A stretch of 54,878 nucleotides of DNA, from NCBI GenBank assembly GCA_016281775.1, contig JAEEJH010000091.1, positions 1-54,878 of the forward strand, given 5' to 3'. Below, in pieces: positions 25,419 through 34,433 of the stretch. Made by a program: the position numbers and the translations under genes. The notes below the pieces were generated by a model. The model made no database searches. It was given only the letters and a program-made list of their open reading frames with translations, and had not been told where the DNA came from. Source of the DNA: Clostridiales bacterium (GTDB lineage Bacteria > Bacillota > Clostridia > Oscillospirales > CAG-272). Within the stretch, counting starts at the first letter, position 1. Every line of letters begins with the position of its first letter.

Positions 25419-27917
25419 TTATCTGATCTTTTCGACCACGACTCTGACTGACGCGGTGAAGCCCATATAATCGACCGTAACGACCGTTTCGCCGACGGCT
25501 TTCGCGGTGATCTGACCGTTCGCGCTGACGTTGATCAGGTCGTGATCGTAATCGTCGCGTATCGTGAGCTGCTGATCCCACGCCTGAAGATCCGACGGGA
25601 TATCCTTTGTTTTGGCGTCTGTAAAACTCGATTTATTGCCCCAGAGCATCAGATATTCGTTTGTGGCGCTCTTGGCTATGAACGCCGGCTGTTTCGTCTC
25701 GTTTCTGTAATAGAACGTGACCGTATCTATCTCGGGATAGAACGCCACGGGCTTGGACTGATCGAGATAGTCGGGAGCCACGGCGAATTCGCACATGAGA
25801 TCGTTGAATTTCGCATACACCCTTACGACCTCGTCGCACAGCAGTTTAACGGTGCACTTTTCTTTATTGACCGTCACTTTCGTCTCGTCGTAGAAATATT
25901 CGATCTGCGAAAGTATCCCGGCTTTCTTCGTCGTCTCTTCTCTTCCGTTTTTGTTCATAAGCGATACGGCAAAATTCTTGGATCCGCCTTTTTTGGTTAT
26001 ATTGAGCGTTCTGCCGCTTTGATTCGAATTGGTTATACGAAACTGGATATAATCCGGAGTATTCGTTCTGTCGCTCTTGGACGCCTTTCCGCCGTTGTCG
26101 TCGAGCTGATCTTCATGCCCATAAAGATCCGTGCCTACCCACGTTATCGGCGCCATACGCGTAGGCCAGTTGCCCCAGTCGAATCCGGTCGGCTGATACG
26201 CGTAAGCTATATACTGCTGAACGTTGAAGATGTCTATGTGCCCGAGCGGGTCGCCGGTTATGCCCATATTATGTATGCACTCGCGGATATTGGAACCGTT
26301 CGTCTGATGTTTGAGCATCGCTTCCTGACGGAAGTAAATTCCGTCGAACGACGTCATCACATGCACATAGCAGTTGTTTGAAAAACGTGACGCCGTGGCG
26401 ACCGATACAAAGCATTCATACGCGTCCACGTATTTGACGTCCGCGCTGTCTTCAGAGTCGTTATGCTTATAAGCGGTGCCTCTGAACGTAAGCTTGCCCG
26501 GCCAGTCGGGATCGTTTGCCGGCGCCGTATATACTCTTGTGAAATCTCCGAGAGTGTCGTTCCATGAAGCGTACAGATACAGCGTATCGCCGACGACCAC
26601 CATCGCGCCTTCGCCGCAGCCCCATTTATCTTTTTTGCCGTCGAACGTGACTATCGCTTTGGGATCGCCGTAGCCCCAGCCTTCGCCGGTCCATTTCTCT
26701 ACGAACGCGCCCTGCGGAGTCTTGCTTCTCGATACGAAAAGGTTGTTGTCAAGGCCGTCGTGCCAGAGTATCGTCGTATACGCCGCGTAATAATACTCGC
26801 CTATTTTGATCACGCCGGGGTCGCACGACCAGTTCCAGTCCTCAGACGACGAGGTCGGACGTACCGCGCCCGTGTCCGTGGTCCACGTCTTGCCTTTATC
26901 GTAAGATCTTCTGTATTTGCCCCAGTCTACCTCTCCGCCAACTCCGGAGTTGGAAGCGAGCCACGCGTCGATCGTGCCGTCTTCGTTGATTATCATACTC
27001 GGACCGTATCTGTAACCGCCGCCGGTGTAGATCTCCCAGCCGTAGTTCGCTACGCGGAAAAGTGAGTCGGCTTCGGACGCGTTTTTGGATATGTACGCCG
27101 ATTTGAGGTTGTAGCTGTCGCCTCTCGAGACGGTATAGATCTGCCCGTCCTTCACGACGCTCTGTACGAGCACCATGCGGAGAGCGTTGGAAACGATCTG
27201 AGCGTAATCAGCGTACGTGACCGTCGACGAGTTCGGTTTCGAAAGATCTATATAATCGGAGAGTCCGGTCTCGGAAGCGAGCTTCGCAACGCCGTAAACG
27301 TCAGCGTATTTTCTGTAACCGACTGCGTATAAAAAGCCTCTCAGCACTTCGCCGTAGGTGATCGGATCGTTCGGCTTGAATTCCGTGCCCTCGACCTGCG
27401 TCATAAAGCCCTGGTTGACGGCGATCTCCGCGCGTCTCATTTCGGCGGAGTGTTTCTCCATATCTGTATAGACGTTCTCGCAGATGTATACGGACTGCTG
27501 CTGCATGAAACCCGTGCAGTTCGCGATATCGTACGCGAAATCTATGCGCGGTACGAGTCCGTCGGCTTTGGCGTCGGCGTTTTTGATGATCGATTCTTTT
27601 ATAAGTCTCTGCAGTATCGCGGCTCCGTCGCCGTCGTCCGCGGCAGGATCGTTCTTAACGTTTTTGCCCGAGAGTTCTTCATCGGGTATCACGTAACCCG
27701 GTCCGCCCGGCACGGGATCGGTATCGACCGGTTCCGTCGCGGGTTCGGTCTGCGCGTCGGTCGAGGCGGGTTCCGTGTCGATCGGCAGCGGTTCAGTCAC
27801 TATATCGCCGGCTCCGGTCGCCGTTGTGATATCCGGCGTGCCTTCGACGCAGCCTGCAAATATCCCGACGCACGTTGCGATAATAAGCAAAAGCGCGGTA
27901 AGTCTGTACTTGTTCAT
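25419..27917 (-). CDS. Surface lipoprotein with SLH-like region and putative glycoside hydrolase beta-propeller
   Basis: Start at 27917 (AAGGTGA RBS); lipobox FAGC; T/P-rich linker; FKPNDPITYGE SLH-like motif; YRYGPS, Asp-box SYDKGKTW, CDPGVIK; Ig-like C-terminus. Confidence 0.7.
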   Translation of the reverse strand: MNKYRLTALLLIIATCVGIFAGCVEGTPDITTATGAGDIVTEPLPIDTEPASTDAQTEPATEPVDTDPVPGGPGYVIPDEELSGKNVKNDPAADDGDGAAILQRLIKESIIKNADAKADGLVPRIDFAYDIANCTGFMQQQSVYICENVYTDMEKHSAEMRRAEIAVNQGFMTQVEGTEFKPNDPITYGEVLRGFLYAVGYRKYADVYGVAKLASETGLSDYIDLSKPNSSTVTYADYAQIVSNALRMVLVQSVVKDGQIYTVSRGDSYNLKSAYISKNASEADSLFRVANYGWEIYTGGGYRYGPSMIINEDGTIDAWLASNSGVGGEVDWGKYRRSYDKGKTWTTDTGAVRPTSSSEDWNWSCDPGVIKIGEYYYAAYTTILWHDGLDNNLFVSRSKTPQGAFVEKWTGEGWGYGDPKAIVTFDGKKDKWGCGEGAMVVVGDTLYLYASWNDTLGDFTRVYTAPANDPDWPGKLTFRGTAYKHNDSEDSADVKYVDAYECFVSVATASRFSNNCYVHVMTSFDGIYFRQEAMLKHQTNGSNIRECIHNMGITGDPLGHIDIFNVQQYIAYAYQPTGFDWGNWPTRMAPITWVGTDLYGHEDQLDDNGGKASKSDRTNTPDYIQFRITNSNQSGRTLNITKKGGSKNFAVSLMNKNGREETTKKAGILSQIEYFYDETKVTVNKEKCTVKLLCDEVVRVYAKFNDLMCEFAVAPDYLDQSKPVAFYPEIDTVTFYYRNETKQPAFIAKSATNEYLMLWGNKSSFTDAKTKDIPSDLQAWDQQLTIRDDYDHDLINVSANGQITAKAVGETVVTVDYMGFTASVRVVVEKIR

Positions 27918-27942
27918 AGTATCACCTTTCGATTTTTTTCTT

Positions 27943-27971
27943 ATTATACAATATTTCAATATGCAAGTCAA
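27943..27971 (-). promoter_or_regulatory. Sigma-A promoter
   Basis: TTGACT-17 nt-TATAAT. Confidence 0.75.
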
Positions 27972-28100
27972 GAGCATTATCGGAAAATTTTTATGTAAAA
28001 ATCTATACCGATTTTTCACGATTATGATTTGAAGCCAGCAGAAATATTGCGTTTTTTATGAAATTTTATCATTTTTGTCGTATTATTTGCAAGAAAAGAC

Positions 28101-28129
28101 TTGATATTATGCAAAACTTGTGATATAAT
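28101..28129 (+). promoter_or_regulatory. Sigma-A promoter
   Basis: TTGATA-17 nt-TATAAT with extended TG. Confidence 0.7.
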
Positions 28130-28161
28130 CGGCGATAACAACGCTGAGTGCGGAGGTCATT

Positions 28162-29601
28162 ATGGAAGAATACAAAATTTCAAGATCGGACAGTATATCG
28201 CTTCAGTTCTCCGAATCGTCCAATCTGCTCGAACAGTCGGGCTACAGATACGAGCTTCAGGAGAGGGAGACGCCGAACCTTTACAGGTATCTTTTCGACT
28301 ACGATTCGATACCGAAGGTATCGTTCAACCACCGTCACGTACCGATCAATATGCCCGAAAAAATATGGATAACCGACACGACTTTCCGTGACGGTCAGCA
28401 ATCCACCTCGCCTTTTACGGTCGATCAGATCGTCGACATATTCAAAATGCTCCACCGTCTCGGCGGCAAAAACGGGATAATCAGGCAGTCGGAATTTTTC
28501 GTCTATTCGGAAAAAGACAGACGAGCCGTTCAGGAATGTATGGCGCTCGGATACGAATTTCCCGAGGTGACGAGCTGGATAAGAGCGAACAAGAACGATC
28601 TGCAGCTCGTAAAGGATCTCGGGATCAAAGAGACGGGCATACTCGTTTCATGTTCCGACTATCATATTTATAAGAAAATGGGGCTCACGAGGAAGAGCGC
28701 GCTTGAAAAGTATCTGAATTCCGTTGAAGAAGTCATAAACTTCGGCATCAAGCCGCGCTGTCACTTCGAAGACATAACGAGAGCCGATTTTTACGGGTTC
28801 GTCGTGCCGTTCGCCTCGGCTCTGATGGAGCTCGGCGAGAAATACAACGTGCCGATCAAGATCAGGGCGTGCGATACGATGGGCTACGGCGTAAGCTACC
28901 CCGGCGTGGCTCTGCCGCGAAGCGTTCAGGGAATTATATACGGTCTGCTCCACTATTCGAGAGTGCCGTCGGAGATGCTCGAATGGCACGGACATAACGA
29001 TTTTTACAAGGTCGTCACGAACGCTTCGACCGCGTGGCTCTACGGCTGCTCGTCGGTCAACTGTTCTCTGCTCGGCATAGGCGAGCGCACGGGCAACTGC
29101 CCGCTTGAAGCGATGGTGATAGAATACTGTTCGCTGCGCGGCACCGAAGACGGAATGGATCTTTCGGTGATAACCGAGATAGCGAAGTATTTCGAAGAGC
29201 ACGTCGGTTACGAGATCCCTGTCAGAACGCCTTTCGTCGGACGTAATTTCAATACGACGAGAGCCGGCATACACGCAGACGGCATTCTGAAAGACGAAGA
29301 AATATATAACATATTCAATACCGAAAAGATTCTGAACCGTCCGGTGTCCGTCGCGGTCGACTCTCACAGCGGCGCCGCGGGCATCGCTCACTGGCTCAAT
29401 TCGTTCTATTCGCTTACCGGCGACAACAGGATCGACAAGCATCATCCTATCGTCGCAAAGATCAAAGAGCGCGTGGCGGAGCTTTACGAAGACGGCAGGA
29501 CCACTGTAATGGGCGACGCGGAGCTTGAGGATATTTTACGCCAGATCGACTTTTCACTGTACGAAAAACTGTCGCATATCAACGTAAAAATCGTACCGTA
29601 A
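28162..29601 (+). CDS. DRE-TIM metallolyase, Re-citrate synthase-like (often annotated 2-isopropylmalate synthase)
   Basis: ITDTTFRDGQQ, IRQSEFF, WIRA, HFEDITR, HGHNDF, GIGERTGN, AGIHADG. Confidence 0.85.
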   Translation: MEEYKISRSDSISLQFSESSNLLEQSGYRYELQERETPNLYRYLFDYDSIPKVSFNHRHVPINMPEKIWITDTTFRDGQQSTSPFTVDQIVDIFKMLHRLGGKNGIIRQSEFFVYSEKDRRAVQECMALGYEFPEVTSWIRANKNDLQLVKDLGIKETGILVSCSDYHIYKKMGLTRKSALEKYLNSVEEVINFGIKPRCHFEDITRADFYGFVVPFASALMELGEKYNVPIKIRACDTMGYGVSYPGVALPRSVQGIIYGLLHYSRVPSEMLEWHGHNDFYKVVTNASTAWLYGCSSVNCSLLGIGERTGNCPLEAMVIEYCSLRGTEDGMDLSVITEIAKYFEEHVGYEIPVRTPFVGRNFNTTRAGIHADGILKDEEIYNIFNTEKILNRPVSVAVDSHSGAAGIAHWLNSFYSLTGDNRIDKHHPIVAKIKERVAELYEDGRTTVMGDAELEDILRQIDFSLYEKLSHINVKIVP

Positions 29602-29668
29602 ATTGTGAAAACGTCAAAAAAACTTTGTAAAATCATCGGCAGAGATTGTAAACAATCGACAAAGAATC

Positions 29669-29696
29669 TTGACTTTGGTTTTGATTATGATAAAAT
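29669..29696 (+). promoter_or_regulatory. Sigma-A promoter
   Basis: TTGACT-16 nt-TAAAAT with extended TG. Confidence 0.6.
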
Positions 29697-29730
29697 GTGA
29701 TCATTAAAATCCAAATTTCAAGAGGACGTT

Positions 29731-30432
29731 ATGAAAAAAATAATCACACTTTTACTTATTGCGATAATGATCGTTACGGCGGTTTCGTGCGCCGACAGCG
29801 GTAAGCCTTCGGATACGGTCAAGCAGACCGAGCAGCAGACAAAAGCGGCTCAGCCGACCGAGGCCGCCGATACCGGAGCGGCGACGGAACCCGCTCCCGA
29901 ACAGCTCCCCGACGTGACCGTTCCCGACGCCGTGCTTACCTACGTTCCCGCCGACGTCTACACGACCAAAGAGGCCGCGGCTGAAAACGGATATAAAGAA
30001 GTTTCAAAAGTGAACCTCGCCGACTGGTTCATGGATAAAAAAGAACTTGACTCGAATTTCGAATTCATAATCCCGGCTGAATTCGAACAGATCGAGGGCT
30101 ACGTTTTCCGTATTCCCCAGGGCAAACACGTAATGGAGATAGACGTTTTCAAGGTTAAGGACAAAGCGGCTCTTCAGAGCGTCATCGCGCTCGCCGAAAA
30201 ACGCTATGAAAAACTGAAATCGTCAGACTGGAAACTCTACGACGACGAACAGGGCTCCAACGCGAAAATCATAGAGACCGGCAAGATTGAAGCATACGGC
30301 GATTTCGTCATATTCACGCTCACAAACGATTCCGAGATCAGCATGCTCCGCGCGAAAAAGCAGATCCACGATAATCCGACCTGCTCCGCCGTTGAAGTCT
30401 ACAAAGCGATCACGAGCGATCTTACCGAATAA
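29731..30432 (+). CDS. Lipoprotein, DUF4358-like
   Basis: Lipobox AVSC; A/T/P/E linker; EIDVFKVKD...V......R.......Y....GDFV pattern. Confidence 0.6.
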   Translation: MKKIITLLLIAIMIVTAVSCADSGKPSDTVKQTEQQTKAAQPTEAADTGAATEPAPEQLPDVTVPDAVLTYVPADVYTTKEAAAENGYKEVSKVNLADWFMDKKELDSNFEFIIPAEFEQIEGYVFRIPQGKHVMEIDVFKVKDKAALQSVIALAEKRYEKLKSSDWKLYDDEQGSNAKIIETGKIEAYGDFVIFTLTNDSEISMLRAKKQIHDNPTCSAVEVYKAITSDLTE

Positions 30433-30444
30433 TTGAATAAAATC

Positions 30445-30478
30445 AAAAAAATGCTGTCGCAATGCGGCGGCATTTTTT
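30445..30478. terminator. Intrinsic terminator
   Basis: aaaaaatgctgtcgc-aat-gcggcggcatttttt. Confidence 0.75.
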
Positions 30479-30562
30479 CGTTTATTATGTTACTGTCGGG
30501 TTTGTTTTAAAGATTTCAATATCTTTTTATTTGTAAGTAAAGAATGAAGCATAACGTTTAAA

Positions 30563-30684
30563 CCTCGAGCGCCCCGTGATCTGTTGATCACGGGAGGGGT
30601 CAAGAGGGGGTTGGGGAGTTGAAGGGGTGGGGACTCCCCAAGGCGCCGGAGGCGCACAGACTGTCGCCTGCGGCGACACCTTAT
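30563..30684. repeat. Third, diverged copy of the G-rich structured element found at 18.5-18.9 kb
   Basis: cctcg.gcgcccc[hairpin]...ttggggag...ctccccaag[hairpin]cac.ga..gtcgc..gcgacaccttat is colinear with 18536-18660. Confidence 0.8.
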
Positions 30685-31145
30685 CAGATTATCTCTCTTA
30701 TAGCTTTCGGTACGTACTGCGAAAAGTCGACGCCGTACCTTATCAGTTCCCTGACCATGGTCGAGCTGATGAACGCTACTTCCGGGCTTGCGGGAAGGAT
30801 CACCGTCTCGACCTCGGGCGCGAGTTCTCTGTTGATGAGAGCCTGTGCGTATTCGTCGTCGAAATCAGACGCCGAGCGGCTGCCTTTTACGATCGCGGCG
30901 CAGCCGTGCTCTCTCGCGTAATCCGCGACGAGCTTATGCGAGATATCCGCCGTTACGTTTTCATAGTTGTCGGCGACGGCTTTTAAGAAAGCGTACCTCT
31001 CTTCTTCGGAAAACATATAATTCTTGCTTGAATTCTCAAAAGCGCAGACGATGACCTCGTCGAACATCGATGCGGCTCTCGCTATAAGATCCTCGTGACC
31101 GACGGTCACCGGGTCGAAACTGCCGGGAATAAGCGCGCGCGTCAT
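30684..31145 (-). CDS. coaD: Pantetheine-phosphate adenylyltransferase
   Basis: PGSFDPVTVGH, FS.EER, ISSTMVRE. Confidence 0.95.
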   Translation of the reverse strand: MTRALIPGSFDPVTVGHEDLIARAASMFDEVIVCAFENSSKNYMFSEEERYAFLKAVADNYENVTADISHKLVADYAREHGCAAIVKGSRSASDFDDEYAQALINRELAPEVETVILPASPEVAFISSTMVRELIRYGVDFSQYVPKAIREII

Positions 31146-31714
31146 ACCGTTTTCTCCTTTGGTTGTAATTTATAAAAGTATATCCTGCCGGATTTATATA
31201 TCTTCAGCACTTCGTAATCGCCGCATAGACCGGGTTTTTCGTCGAAAAGCGTGTCCTTATCCCATTCGGCAATAACGAGAGCGTTAGCCGACAGGACGTC
31301 ATAGACGCGCAGTTTTGCAAGCGCCTCGGGTAAAAGCCCCGAGCCGTACGGCGGATCGAGGAAAACGATATCGAATTTTTCGCCCGATTTTTTAGCCGAA
31401 CGCAGATATTCCGCGTGATCCATCGTAAGTATCACACACTTTTTATACAGATGCGTCTTGTTGGCGTTTGCGTAGATAACGTCGAACGCCTCGCGCGAGC
31501 TGTCGATGAAAACCGCTTTCTCGGCTCCGCGTGACAGCGCTTCGAGACCGAGCTGACCGCTGCCGGCGAACAGGTCAAGGACCTTTCTGCCCTCTATATC
31601 GAACTGTATCGCCGAAAAAATGACCTCCTTGGCGCGCTGGAGCGTCGGGCGCGTCGCTTCGCCTTCGAGCGTTATGAGTTTCGTACCTCTTGCCGATCCG
31701 GTTATGATGTTCAT
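31142..31714 (-). CDS. rsmD: 16S rRNA m2G966 methyltransferase
   Basis: IITGSARG, TRPT, LDLFAGSG.LGLEALSRGA, DPPY. Confidence 0.95.
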   Translation of the reverse strand: MNIITGSARGTKLITLEGEATRPTLQRAKEVIFSAIQFDIEGRKVLDLFAGSGQLGLEALSRGAEKAVFIDSSREAFDVIYANANKTHLYKKCVILTMDHAEYLRSAKKSGEKFDIVFLDPPYGSGLLPEALAKLRVYDVLSANALVIAEWDKDTLFDEKPGLCGDYEVLKIYKSGRIYFYKLQPKEKTV

Positions 31715-33540
31715 TTCTTTTCTCCGTTAAAGTATTCGAATATATTCTCCGCCGTTTCCGCGTTTATACCCTTTACAGCCGACAGCTCTTCCGCCGTCGC
31801 CTTCTTTATCGCGGATAGCGAACCGAACGACGACAGCAGCAGTTTCGCTTTCGAAGGGCCGACGCCTTTTATTTTTTCAAGAGACGAGGTTTTCAGCGTT
31901 TTGCGCTTCGCCTGACTCATGCGCGATACAGCGAAGCGGTGGACTTCTTCCTGAATTCTGTAGATGAACGTAAACAACGTTTTGTCGTTGATGATATCGA
32001 CCTCGTTTTCATCGTCGCAGAGGGCTCTCGTCTTATGTTTGTCGTCCTTCACCATACCGAAAACGGGGACGTCGACGCCGAGCTGATCAAGCGTCTCGCG
32101 CACGGTCGAAACGTGTGTTCTGCCGCCGTCGAGCAGTATCAGATCGGGCAGTACCGGGTATGCTTTCGACTGTTTTTCCGTAGTATTCTTTATACGTCTC
32201 GTTATGACCTCGCGCATCGACGCGTAATCGTCTTCGTGCTCCGTCTCTTTTATTTTAAAGATTCTGTAATCCTGCTTTGAAAACGCGGCGTTGTTCAATA
32301 CGATCATGCCGGCGGTTATGTTCTCGTCGCCGAAGTTCGATATATCGTACGCTTCTATCCGCTCAGGCACTACTTCGAGCGCAAGAGTTGATGCGAGTTT
32401 GGCGAGTATCTTCGTCGATTTTTCGTCAGTCTCTTTGAACAGCTTCGCTTTATATGCGGCGTTTTCCGCAGCCATTTCGCAAAGCGCCCTGTTTTTACCG
32501 CGTTTCACCGTTCTGACTTCAACGCGTTTGCCGTAAAGATTTGATAAATGCGCGGTAAGCAGTCCGGCTTCTTCGTCCGGCAAAAGATCCGAGACGAGTA
32601 TCTGTTTCGGCGGCATCCTGCTTTCGTAGACCGACGAGATGAAAGAGGTGATCTCGTCGCCGCCGATATGCCCGCCCGTAAACTCGTAGCTGTCGGTATC
32701 AAAGATCATACCCGATCTGATAAAGAAGAACGAGAACACCGTGACTGCGTCGTCCGAATACACGCCGACCGCGTCAACGTTCGTATCCGGCGAAGAAACG
32801 ACCTTCTGTTTCGCGTACAGAGCGGTCAGCGCGCTGATCCTGTCTCTGTATTTGGCGGCGAGCTCGTAATTGAGTTCCTCTGCCGCGCTGTCCATAAGCT
32901 CCGTGAGGCGCTTTTTTTCTTCCGAGATATCGCCGCGCAGTATAACGCACGCGCTTTTGACGAGTTCTGCGTACGCTTCTTTAGACAGCCTGCCCGTGCA
33001 GGGCGCGGCGCATCTGCCTATCTGCGAGTAAATGCACGGTCTTTCTTTGCCTATATCGCGCGGGAATACTTTTTTGCAGACCGGCAGACCGACGGTTCTC
33101 GAAACGGTCCTGATTATCGACCGCACCGTGGCGGAGTTGGAATACGGTCCGAAATAAACGCCGCCGTCGGCGTCTCTTTTTCTCGTCATTACGAGGCGCG
33201 GATAATCCTCTTTCGTGACCTTGATATAGGGGTAACTCTTGTCGTCTTTGAGTTTGATATTGTATTTCGGGGAAAACTGCTTTATCTTGCTGTTTTCGAG
33301 CGCGAGGGCTTCCATTTCGGTATCGCAGAGGATATAGTCGAAATCGTATACCATCGACACCATTCTGCGGGTCTTCGCGTTTTTCGCGCCCGCGCCGAAG
33401 TACTGCGACACGCGGTTTTTGAGCGCCGCCGATTTGCCGACGTATATCACCTCGCCGCCTTTGTCCTTCATTATATAAACTCCGGGGCAAAGCGGCAGCC
33501 GCATCGCTTTTTTTCTTAAATACTCGGTTCTATCGTTCAT
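31711..33540 (-). CDS. uvrC: Excinuclease ABC subunit C
   Basis: GIY-YIG PGVY..YVGK, PKYNIKLKDDK, UVR motif, RIEAYDISN, LDGG, HhH GVGP. Confidence 0.97.
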   Translation of the reverse strand: MNDRTEYLRKKAMRLPLCPGVYIMKDKGGEVIYVGKSAALKNRVSQYFGAGAKNAKTRRMVSMVYDFDYILCDTEMEALALENSKIKQFSPKYNIKLKDDKSYPYIKVTKEDYPRLVMTRKRDADGGVYFGPYSNSATVRSIIRTVSRTVGLPVCKKVFPRDIGKERPCIYSQIGRCAAPCTGRLSKEAYAELVKSACVILRGDISEEKKRLTELMDSAAEELNYELAAKYRDRISALTALYAKQKVVSSPDTNVDAVGVYSDDAVTVFSFFFIRSGMIFDTDSYEFTGGHIGGDEITSFISSVYESRMPPKQILVSDLLPDEEAGLLTAHLSNLYGKRVEVRTVKRGKNRALCEMAAENAAYKAKLFKETDEKSTKILAKLASTLALEVVPERIEAYDISNFGDENITAGMIVLNNAAFSKQDYRIFKIKETEHEDDYASMREVITRRIKNTTEKQSKAYPVLPDLILLDGGRTHVSTVRETLDQLGVDVPVFGMVKDDKHKTRALCDDENEVDIINDKTLFTFIYRIQEEVHRFAVSRMSQAKRKTLKTSSLEKIKGVGPSKAKLLLSSFGSLSAIKKATAEELSAVKGINAETAENIFEYFNGEKK

Positions 33541-33546
33541 GACATT

Positions 33547-33597
33547 AAAAAAGCGGATAAGAAGACCTGTCGGTCACGGCAGGTATGCTTTTCCGCT
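33547..33597 (-). terminator. Terminator-like hairpin after ptsH
   Basis: On the minus strand: agcgga...acctgccg-tgac-cgacaggt...tccgct followed by T-run. Confidence 0.55.
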
Positions 33598-33608
33598 GTT
33601 GTGTGATC

Positions 33609-33872
33609 TTATTCTGAAAGTCCTGATTCGCTCAGTTCCTCAAGGCCGTTGAGCGCTTCTATCTCGTCTTCGCCGTCGGCGATGAGGGTGATCTGCGTAT
33701 CCTGCGTGATGTTGAGAGACAGCACGCCGAGAAGGCTCTTCGCGTTTACGCGGCGCTCGTCTTTCTCTACCCAGATGGAACTCTTATAGGAATTTGCTTT
33801 CTGAATGAAAAACGTTGCGGGACGTGCGTGAAGACCGATAGGTATTCTGACGGTTACGTTACGTGTTATCAT
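33609..33872 (-). CDS. ptsH: HPr phosphocarrier protein
   Basis: AGGAG RBS before ATG 33872; GLHARPA (His15), NAKSLLG (Ser46). Confidence 0.93.
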   Translation of the reverse strand: MITRNVTVRIPIGLHARPATFFIQKANSYKSSIWVEKDERRVNAKSLLGVLSLNITQDTQITLIADGEDEIEALNGLEELSESGLSE

Positions 33873-34010
33873 ATCTTTACTCCTGCTTGCCATAGTATTC
33901 GAAATTAAATAGCTTTTATGACATTATATCAAAAAGTTTTAATAAAATCAACGGTGATTTTGCATAAATCTTTGTTGAATTCGAGAATTTTTAATGTATA
34001 TTTTATATCA

Positions 34011-34433
34011 TTATTCTGCTTTTTCAAACGAAACGACCGTTATTTCGAGTTTCAGATCGCCGCTCGTGACGGTCAGCTTATCGCCGATGCGGCGTATTTC
34101 GCCGTAGGTGAACAGTCCCGATTCGGTAACGGTACCTCTGCATATGACCGCGGCGGTCACGTCGGCTTTGCCGTCGCCTTTATCATCTATACGGTACCCT
34201 TCGGTCAGAGCGCCGAACGTCACGCCGTTTTCCGTTCTGAATTTATCTCCGACCTTCAGTTTTTCGGTCTCTTCTTCTGCGACGGCTGACGCGGTGAACG
34301 TGATCTTATAGTCTTCTTCTTTGAGATAATTTCCGCTGCCGGTATGAGTGATCCGCATTACGAGGCACAGGATCGATATGAAAGCGACGACGACTATGAT
34401 CGCGTCGGCTGCATTGAAAGTTCTTTTACTCAT
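34011..34433 (-). CDS. DUF4330-like membrane-anchored protein
   Basis: N-terminal FNAAD + TM helix; LKVGD; IGD.L pattern. Confidence 0.55.
   Translation of the reverse strand: MSKRTFNAADAIIVVVAFISILCLVMRITHTGSGNYLKEEDYKITFTASAVAEEETEKLKVGDKFRTENGVTFGALTEGYRIDDKGDGKADVTAAVICRGTVTESGLFTYGEIRRIGDKLTVTSGDLKLEITVVSFEKAE

Noticed and set aside
28162-29601. Calling this gene leuA
   Set aside because: It has RDGQQ/IRQSEFF motifs, no LeuA regulatory domain and no leu neighbours, which fits Re-citrate synthase better
30619-31054. Plus-strand ORFs overlapping coaD
   Set aside because: Antisense to a confidently identified essential gene and starting in or near the repeat element
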